16,327 nt of DNA from Andalucia godoyi And28 (Eukaryota; Protista; Jakobida): positions 1 through 16,327 of the forward strand of contig VRVR01000001.1 in assembly GCA_009859145.1 (NCBI GenBank), in the 5' to 3' direction. The translations under genes were made by a program, and so were the position numbers. Shown piece by piece: positions 1 to 8,000 of the stretch. The notes beneath the pieces are model-generated. The model saw nothing but the letters and a program-made list of their open reading frames with translations, searched no databases and had not been told where the DNA came from. The first letter of the stretch is position 1; each line of letters starts with the position of its first letter.

Positions 1-649
1 ACTGTCTGTCGCCAGAGACATCGCACGCGTGGTCGGGGAGCGGACGGTCAAAGGAGCTGCCCGCAGCGACAAAAGAAACCCCTCCTGCCACCACTCCCTG
101 CATTCTGTTCGGTTGGGCTCAGTGGGCACGGTCAGTCACTGTCGATTCAGTCGGCTGTCGAGGATGTAGACGAGCACTTTGAAATCTGATCTGCACGGAA
201 CTCTGAGGAAGCATCCGGCTGCCTCGAGAGACACTGTGCGATTCTCATGGAAACGAGACGACCGCGTCACGGATGCGGTGCAATGGGGGTGTCCAGTGGT
301 GCTTCCCTCGTGTATCGCTGCAGTCGGCATGAGGACGCTGGCTTTATGCTATTTTCTCCCATGCTTGGGCTCATGACGATTCGTCTCAGTCTGGGGAATG
401 AACAACCGGTTGCTGCATTCACTACTCCGGGTCCATTCCGGCGTATCCGCAGCTCCTAAAATGCGATGGGGCCGTGCGCTGCAGAAAGCGAATTTTGCTT
501 TGCTTTGGTGAGCACTATATTACGGGTCGCTGTGGGATCAGAAGCGGAGCTGCATACAGGACGCTTTTTCTTGCTGAGGAGTGCTCCAACGCTCCTGCTG
601 AAACGGGCGTGCGCGCATCCAACACTTGTTAAACCGTGCATCGGAACGC

Positions 650-695
650 GAGAAAGAAAGAGGGAGGAAGAGGAGAAAGAGGAGAAAGAGAGAGG
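650..695. repeat. 46-nt pure purine (GA-rich) low-complexity tract with an internal GAGGAGAAA x2 direct repeat
   Basis: Seen directly: only A/G from 650 to 695; GAGGAGAAA at 670-678 and 679-687. Confidence 0.9.
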
Positions 696-699
696 CACT

Positions 700-1795
700 A
701 TCGTCGATTGGAGGAGTATCTCTCGACTCAAGGCTCCCCCGTTGCACTGCTCATGTGCAGAGGATGCAGAATCTGGTGGAGAAAAACAACACCCTTCAGG
801 TGGGCCTGAGCTGTCGGTATCGCAGAACTCAAGGGAATCAAGCCCTTTCTGGAGCGGGTCCTACCCTCGTCAGCAAAACCTGCGATACAGCCCGGGGGAA
901 GTGGGCGCACTGTGGCTTGCCAAGAAATCGGTACGCCAAGAAACCCGCAAGAGCGCGTTTTCCCTCCCCGACGCTGCACCGGGTGGTCGACATGATCCGA
1001 ACCTCTGGGGGTACCGACTCGGCATCGCGCAGCGCACGGAAGAAGGAGCCGTGTTCATGTGCTTCAAATCTCCGCACACCAACCTCCTGGCGGACATCCC
1101 AAGCAACGCACAGGCGCCAGTGAGATCCACGCTCTTCAAAAGCACATGCTCGATCGTCTGTCGATACCGCTCCGCATCCTTCGGGCGCCACGCTCCCAAC
1201 ATGGTACCATGCACCTCAAAGCGCTCCAGAGACCGCACGCACACCAGCATCACAGGACAGTCCGCTGCATAATCGCGGCGCAAGCAAAGGGCGTATGCGA
1301 CTGCCTGCCAAAAAGACCTCTTCTGTGGCCTTTTCATGCATGCGGAATCGAGTCAACGAGAGCATCGGAAGACGTTGCAAGGTCAACAACGTCCATCAGC
1401 AGAAAATGGCGGGCCAGAGAGCATGGCTGCAATGCAATGTCCACTGTGCCTGCCTCTACGACGTTTTCGTTCATCTCGGACGCCGGGAGAGAGTTGCGCA
1501 GCTGGGAAGCATGCCCGCTCCTCGTATCCAAATTTTTCATGCGAGAGGCAAGCTCGTAGATTGCACGATCCTTTTCCGTCAGCTCATGGCGCGTTTCCGT
1601 CAGCTCGCGGTCCTTTTCCTGCAGTTCTCTTTCCAGTCTTCGGCGTCTTCTCCTCCATCTTCCTGATGCTGTTGAGCGATGTGAATGCTGGCGACTGCTG
1701 ATCTGCAGGACGTTGCCATCTGATTCTGCTGCGCTTTCTTCGTGTTCTTCGCTCAGTCTCGGCGATTCACTCGTGCTTTCTGGAGCGTAATCCAA
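700..1795 (-). pseudogene. Possible decayed coiled-coil + PD-(D/E)xK-like nuclease + protein-kinase gene (Crinkler/CR-effector-like architecture)
   Basis: Minus-strand fragments in successive frames give, in order: heptad coiled coil (RELQEKD/RELTETR/HELTEKD), GTVDIAL...HFLLMDVV (1450-1385), FWQAVAYA (~1315-1291) then PVMLVCV/RFEVHG, then kinase-like pieces AYRFLGKPQCAHFPR (~935-892), VLLTRVG (~880-860), LHQILHPLH (~783-757), SRDTPP (~726-709). Needs at least 3 frameshifts and all motifs are degenerate. Confidence 0.35.
1569..1631 (-). repeat. Three imperfect 21-bp tandem units encoding coiled-coil heptads on the minus strand
   Basis: TTTCCGTCAGCTC at 1573-1585 and 1594-1606; TCCTTTTCC at 1569 and 1611 (period 21); translates on minus as RELQEKD-RELTETR-HELTEKD. 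Confidence 0.85.
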
Positions 1796-2003
1796 TCGCC
1801 CTTCTTTGAATTTGCGAACAGCTATAGCTTCCTTGCCGCCTCCTACATGAACGGGATGAAGAGTCCGCTGAAGGCGCCCAGATTAGTTCGTCTCGAGCCT
1901 GTGGAAGTTTTTTTAAATGTTATACCCGTCCCTTCCATGATGCAATGTGTGTACAGGTGGCTCAGTCAAGAAGTTGTAGTTGTCTGGCCATTGTGCACAC
2001 TGA

Positions 2004-2026
2004 CTCTCTCTCTCTCTCTCTCTCTC
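2004..2026. repeat. (CT)11 microsatellite
   Basis: Seen directly. Confidence 0.95.
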
Positions 2027-2299
2027 ATGCGCGCGATGCACGCATCGTGGGTTTATACGATTGAGCGGTGTTGTAAATCTCAAACGCACAGCCCATTTAC
2101 TGGTGCATGTTGCATCCCTTTAAATTTCGGGAACGCACATCACATCACCCACACGCATGTGGTGCAAAAAATAATAACGCAGAGGGAGGGGTCCTCACTC
2201 AATGCGGCATGTACAGCAATTGCTCCAGTTCCTTCCTGACATCCGTCTCGATCGAAACCAGCTGATACAGAGAAGAAAAAATGGTCAAACACGAGTTGC

Positions 2300-2900
2300 T
2301 GCTGCCCACATCAACTGAGATTCATTCGATATGAGAACGTCTACATCCGACAGACGTCCTGTTGTGACGTCCTCTTCCCTTGCGACACCGTCGACCCTTT
2401 GGTGCAGGGGATATGGCACCAGGAGCCGTCCGCCACCGTCGGTCTCCTCTGCAAGAACAAACGGAAATGGCGAAGCGCACAGTGACGTGGTCAGCAGCCA
2501 TCACCAGGGATATCATACCTCTCAGCCACAAAAGAGGGTTAACATGCGCTCTCTCGACACTGGCGAAAATGCCATCAGACAGCGCCGCATCCGGAATCTA
2601 TGACGGACCGTCAACAACAAACTGTCCACGAAGCACAACCAAGTGCAAAAGAGTTCGGAGACTGTCAGATTAGATCGTGATCGTCCCGGGAGAATGTGCT
2701 TCCAAGACATGCGTGCTGTGTGGTATGATCCACCCTGTCACTCGATGGAAACAAGACCTTCACATGTCCACGGTGAACATGATGGATGTCGGAAGGATCG
2801 CGATAACGGAACGGGTCGGGCGCGTAACTTTTTGTCTGACGAACGCCGAAGTGCGTGCTGGGCCTGTTCCCGTCCCCGGTACTGCAACGCAGTCCGGGTT
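2300..2900 (+). mobile_element. Degenerate Fanzor2 / IS607-TnpB-like RNA-guided nuclease relic (frameshifted pseudogene)
   Basis: Collinear motifs spread over all three + frames: TVDPLV (RuvC-I, D at 2393-2395; cf. LDPGV), RRIRNL*RTVNNKL (2583-2624; cf. RIRNLVDExHxKL), KCK/EFGDCQI (2641-2671), VIVPGECASKTCVLCGMIH (2677-2733; cf. VxEEYTSKTCxxCGxIH), LDGNKTFTCPR (2741-2773; cf. LGGxKxFxCPxC), DRDNGTGRARNFL (2796-2834; cf. DRDxNGARNIL). Element boundaries are not resolved. Confidence 0.8.
2850..2900 (+). ncRNA. Candidate remnant of Fanzor omega-RNA (fRNA) scaffold
   Basis: Hairpin CCCGG(T)ACTGC-AAC-GCAGT-CCGGG at 2875-2898 (10 bp, one bulge) about 40 nt downstream of the RuvC-III motif, where TnpB/Fanzor guide-RNA scaffolds are known to lie. 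RNA identity is inference only. Confidence 0.3.
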
Positions 2901-2987
2901 TGCAACATTTATGATGCATCATCAGTGATGGAGATGCGTGATCCGTGGACAATACATGCGTCGGTAATGAAGACTGGATGACAAGGC

Positions 2988-4613
2988 ATGAGGCGAGCAC
3001 GCATTCTGCTGCTCGGAATCGGGAATTTCGGAAGTTGTCGGAGGTTTTTGAGGAATTGGGGACGGATTTTGTCTCAATGTGGTGCGCGCTTACCGCGTTC
3101 CTTCCGCAAAAATTGCACAGTGTTCTTCAAGAATTCTTTGGAGACCAGACTCTTCGTTGCAGTTGTTCACATTTTGTTGGCCCGTCTGATGATCATCTCC
3201 TACGTGTTCCTTGTGCTGTGCGGGCTAGTGGATGTGGGATTCACATACTGCGTTCTCCGCGCAGTGCTTTCAAAACCTTCAAGCGACGGAGCAGATCGAA
3301 GATACCTGCTCAGTCAAGGGCTGCTCGATGACAGTTTGCAGCAGAATAACAAACCTGTGAGTCTTGTTTGGAGATCCGTTGCATTTGTCGGTGGATACTG
3401 CTGTCCAGCAGCGCATTTGCCGTCGCATCTCATCGTCGTCATGCGCATGTGCATCATGGCAAGCTCCGTGTGCCTTATCCTTGGGTCGTATCTGCAGGCT
3501 ACTATAGGATCCACGGCGACGAACAACTCTGGTGTCGTGCTTGTGATCAGTCTTGTGATATTGTTGAGTGTATCCTTGATTCCAGCCTGGATCGGCTTCG
3601 GCACTTTGCAGCATGCTCTGCACACTCAAATTGCGTCGCCATCCAATCTCAAAGACGTCATGTACTTCAAGACTGCTCAAAAATTTGCAGCTTGGTTTGT
3701 TTTATTGTTTTCGTTATCTCTCGGTGTTACAAGCGCTGTGATGCTGTCGTTGAGGTATATGCAGCAGGATACCAGCGAGGTGTTTGTTGTGTTTGCAGGG
3801 ATGCTTTCCGTTCCTGCAATCGCAGTTTCGGCTGCGTCGTTTGTGTGCTGCAATGCACTGTATGCATTTTTTTCGATGCATGTTTGGCTATACGCAAAAA
3901 ATCTCACAGATGATCTGTTTACGCTGGTCGTTGGGCATTCAGGAGTTCTCGCAGGTGATCGTCAAAAGGTCGTGTACGCATCGAAGATTCCAAACATTCT
4001 AAACTTTTTTGTCCGTATGCAGCGATCGCTTCCCTCTCTGTGCAATTCTCTTTCTGTATTGCTTCTAACTTCGGTGTCTTCTGTGACGTTGTCCTTTTCC
4101 TTTTCCATTTTGTATGCGCTGGAGAGGGATACAGAGGGTATTCTTGCCGGTGTTGCGGCATGCTTCGTGCTGTCCATCGGTTTCATGTGGTCACTGCTCC
4201 ATGGGTCCAAGGCGACAGAACAGATTCAAAAATTCGTGTTTTTATGTTCTACGGTCCAGCTCGGCTCCATCGAGGAACACCATCGCAAACTGTTCATCTC
4301 CGAATCAGATTCCGTCTGGCGGCAATCCGCGTCCTTGTTCTTGCGATTCTCAGATGAACTGAATCGATCCACTTCCTTGCTGCAATCTCAGACGGAGGAC
4401 CCTGATTCCACTCCGTGCGCGCTGTCGCAAGCGTATCTTTCTGCAGACGACGAGCAGCTCCTGAAGAAATTTTGTGCAAATATGCAGCAGTGTCTCGTAG
4501 CCTTCACGCTCTTCGGAACGGATCTGTCTGTCCGTCTCGTGTTGCGCATTGCGGGAGTTGCGGGAGCTGCAGCGTTGCTTCTGTTTCAAGTAGAGTTTCT
4601 ACGATCCAAGTAG
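2988..4613 (+). CDS. Multi-pass membrane protein, gustatory-receptor-like (GRL) / 7TM ion-channel (7TMIC) superfamily candidate
   Basis: 541-aa uninterrupted ORF with about 7-8 hydrophobic segments; C-terminus EQLLKKFCANMQQCLVAFTLFGTDLSVRLVLRIAGVAGAAALLLFQVEF has the split TM7a/TM7b pattern ending in hydrophobic residues then Q, as in insect Gr/Or-like proteins. Coding status is solid; family call and start codon are less certain. Confidence 0.7.
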   Translation: MRRARILLLGIGNFGSCRRFLRNWGRILSQCGARLPRSFRKNCTVFFKNSLETRLFVAVVHILLARLMIISYVFLVLCGLVDVGFTYCVLRAVLSKPSSDGADRRYLLSQGLLDDSLQQNNKPVSLVWRSVAFVGGYCCPAAHLPSHLIVVMRMCIMASSVCLILGSYLQATIGSTATNNSGVVLVISLVILLSVSLIPAWIGFGTLQHALHTQIASPSNLKDVMYFKTAQKFAAWFVLLFSLSLGVTSAVMLSLRYMQQDTSEVFVVFAGMLSVPAIAVSAASFVCCNALYAFFSMHVWLYAKNLTDDLFTLVVGHSGVLAGDRQKVVYASKIPNILNFFVRMQRSLPSLCNSLSVLLLTSVSSVTLSFSFSILYALERDTEGILAGVAACFVLSIGFMWSLLHGSKATEQIQKFVFLCSTVQLGSIEEHHRKLFISESDSVWRQSASLFLRFSDELNRSTSLLQSQTEDPDSTPCALSQAYLSADDEQLLKKFCANMQQCLVAFTLFGTDLSVRLVLRIAGVAGAAALLLFQVEFLRSK

Positions 4614-5079
4614 CATTGCAGGCGCTGATTGTGTGCTTTTCTGGCTTCGAGAGGGCCTTTTTATTTAGGTTTTTTAATATTTATTTCATTTTTCATATTT
4701 TTTTATTTGCATCGGGTTTGCCACTGAACGTATTACTACCCACCAAGGCCGTCCTCATGTCGTCTGCCTTGTAGAGATAGGATCCCATGGTCGGCAGTCG
4801 TGCTCGGCGCATGTCTACTGTGTGCCTCGGAGCGTCGCGGTGCAACCAAAAGGGACTCCGACTCCGCAATGAAGTCCGGTTGGCAATTTTGGGCGGCCAA
4901 GGTGTTGCGTGATGGTCGCCAATTCGTTTGCGTGGACGAGATCGAGCAATGACGGCAGTGTTTTTGCCTCGAATAGCAAGACTCCAAGATTGAAACTGTC
5001 TCTTGCTGACGAAATTTCCAATCTGCTTCGTGTTTGCTCCATTGTTCGTTATGTTTTTAGAAAATGCAGCAACGCAAAT

Positions 5080-8000
5080 TTAGGCTGAAAGGGTCAATAT
5101 CAGTGCTGGTCGAATCCATTTTGATTCGACGGATTCAATTGTTTGCACTCCAAGAATGCGAGATACTTCCTGGAGATACTGTCTCGCTGCCTTGTCCTTG
5201 TGAAATTGTGCGCGGGAGGTCAACAGAGCAAGTGTCGCTTCTGTCTCGATGCTTTGGCAATGTTCTCCATCTCTACGAATGGAGCATTTCAGAATTTCAA
5301 AGATTCCTGCTGTCGAGGTGGTTGCAAGATTGTACAAGCCTCGCAACTCCAGAAATGACGATGCAAACTGGTTGTCAGATACCCCTTCGACAACCTCTTC
5401 GTCATTGTCGGAAACAAAGTAGTCTTTTAATGGATGCTCAATGGAGTGAATGGTTTCAATGACTTCTTGGTTCAGAATTTCTCGCGGTATTGCCATGCAA
5501 AGCTCTCGCAGGGATTTGACGATGCCACCGGAGTAAATTTCTTCGACAAACATTCGAAAGATGTGTGGTTCTAGACAATCGTACGCTTGCTGCAAAACAA
5601 TGTCCAGTTCGTCCAGCAATGAATTAATCTCGGAAATCCCGAAATTCAGAACCGGGGAGTCAACGAAGTGTACGGAAGGAAATGCACTGGACCTCCTCGC
5701 ACCCCGTGGTTTCGGTGTTGATATACATGCAGCGATTTTCTTCTTCTCAACCGATACATGCAGTTTCAAAATGTTTGCTACATGTGGTGTCACGATGTCA
5801 CATTGAAGATTGTGGACAATGGCGTGCAAAACTGATTTAATCGACGACCTGACGCACGGAATAATGGAATCAAACTTGGATCGGATGGATTCTGGAATAT
5901 CCGAGAACAGTGGAATGCTCATCATCTCATCTGTCTTTGTCATGCATGTTTGGATGTTATTCATGGCAACATAAGTGGATAAACCAAGATTCTCAGCCTT
6001 TGATAACGCAATTGCACGATCACGGAGATGCACGATGTATTGATGGATTCCTTCAACAAGCACAGTGATGACTTCCGAGTGCCACCTGTACTGCAGTGAC
6101 ACATCCTGCTTACCGGAACCGGGTCCATTCTCACCCAGGATGCCATCGGTATCATCTACCAAGAATTCTCCGGGGGACATTTCCTTCTTCTCAATGATCT
6201 TCGGTAAATGGACCATATTTGAAAACCCTTGATACGCTTGGATCAAGATGCTGAAAAGATCCACCACAGAGTTGCTGATTGCGGGATTGTGATTTTCGTC
6301 CATCGCAGTCAAGAGGTCCGTCGCAAGCACTGCATGGACAAACGTCAGAGTCTTGGTGCAAAGAATTCGCACCCACTCATCAATGTTCGCAGTGAAGAGC
6401 ATGTAGACATCGAACCACATATCCTCGGGCACATCAAGTTGCAGGCACTCCTGAAATGCTCGAACAACAGGAACAAGTCGGACTCCATGCGAATCCACGT
6501 GTGTCGGTGAACTGCACATGGCAGAGAACTGTTCTATATGTTGCTTCACTGCCGAAAAATATATTCTTGCTATTGGAGCGAAGATCGCGGCCCACGGTGG
6601 CACAAACGGAGAGTATTTGCGACAGAATGCCGAAAACTCCGCGTGAAGCGCGTTGGTCAGCGATTCGATGCGAATTACTGCGCTGTCGGCACAAGTGATC
6701 GTCGCAGGGCTGGAGCCCTTGAAAGTGCTTGTTTTCGACTCATGCTGAGCCAGCCAGCGGACCGCCATCTGCTCAAACTCTGTTTGTATGTAGGCTTGGG
6801 GATCCGATAGTTCGGGCATCGCTTCTGTAGCACGAGGATACTGCGAGAGCCTTCGGAGCAAGGCAACTGTGTGCCCCAGAACCCTTCCGTCATCAAACAA
6901 ACGAGCAGAGTGCATGAGGTCTGCTGCAAATTCAACAATCTTTCGACAAACGTCAGGCCTTCGACTCAACGTCGTCGGTGGCGTATCGCTACTGTTCTTG
7001 TACATGTCCTTGTACCGCTCCAGACCCATAGGGGCATCGTCCAAGATGGTGTGGAAAAGAGGCCACAACGAAGCGAACGGGATGAGTGTTGCTCGAGCAA
7101 GCAACGGTGGTGAGGAGAAGTAATGTGTGGCCGCCTGTGCAATGCATAACTGCAATCGGAACGGATCCAGTTGGTAGAACACTGCAAAATCGATAATTGA
7201 ACGTATTACTACTGCTGGAAACATCGTTTTGTCCATCATTCGGTCCGCATCTCCATCCGCAGCATGGTTGTACAGCAAAGCAAGGAGCCGCTTGATGACC
7301 TTCATGCACAGGATGTCCTCGATCTCACACAATGACTTCCCAATATCGGAGGTGCTAGACGCAGTCTTTTCCATAGGAACCTCCGTTGGTACGAGGACTG
7401 GCCTGGTAATCACGTCCAGTTCCTCATACAACAGAATCACATAAATGTCCCCCGTGACAAGGCTCTTGGCAGATCGTTTCTGAAGCGCAAACCATCCCTC
7501 AGTGGGCTCGGACGGGATCAGGGAAGACAGCGGAATGGTCAGCTGGCCAAGGAAACCATCCTCAGAAGAGCTGCTATGATCCAAAACTTGCAGGAACAAG
7601 GCACTCGCATTATCCTGCTGGTGGCTTGTGTTCACATCAAACGCAAAAACCTCATTCGCCCAGCTTGGATGCATCGTGTCTGAAATCACTTCAGTTTTGT
7701 GTGGCCCTTCTTTGTTGAATGTAACCTCGACAAACACATTTAATCTGTTCTTCGACGCATGTTTGATGAACAAGTCTCGGCATGCAACAATCTGAATTGC
7801 AATTTGTCCGACAGCATGCTTCCGTTTTCCACGCATCCCAAGTTTTTCTAAAACATGCAATGGCGCATGATACATGCTTCGCTTGATCTTCATAGAGCTG
7901 ATGTCATCCTCACACTTGCGTACCATCTCATCTGTGCAGCCGAGCCAAAGCTTTTGTAACAATGGATTCTCCTTTGCTTGTGCTTGAAGCTCTTTGAAAC

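Noticed and set aside
1-460. Kinase-like snippets on + (LSVARDIAR at 2-28; SGASLVYRC at ~295-321)
   Set aside because: The pieces are in the wrong subdomain order and have no supporting HRD or DFG motifs; consistent with chance.
466-1272. 268-aa + strand ORF containing PNLWGYRLG, reminiscent of helicase-associated repeats, and an E/K-rich stretch
   Set aside because: A single short motif; the E/K stretch is just the purine tract; the ORF is antisense to the better-ordered minus-strand relic. Not excluded, but unsupported.
1900-2300. Searched for an IS607-type serine recombinase (YARVS motif) or other transposase upstream of the Fanzor relic
   Set aside because: No recognisable motif in the frames read.
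2039-2960. 8-bp inverted repeats (CACGCATC 2039 / GATGCGTG 2933; ACGCATGT 2153 / ACATGCGT 2953) as possible element termini
   Set aside because: Too short, do not extend, no target-site duplication; expected by chance over this span.
4815-5042. DSFNLGVLLFE resembling kinase subdomain IX, and a homeodomain-like ETVSILESCY in another frame
   Set aside because: No flanking kinase or homeodomain motifs; isolated look-alikes.
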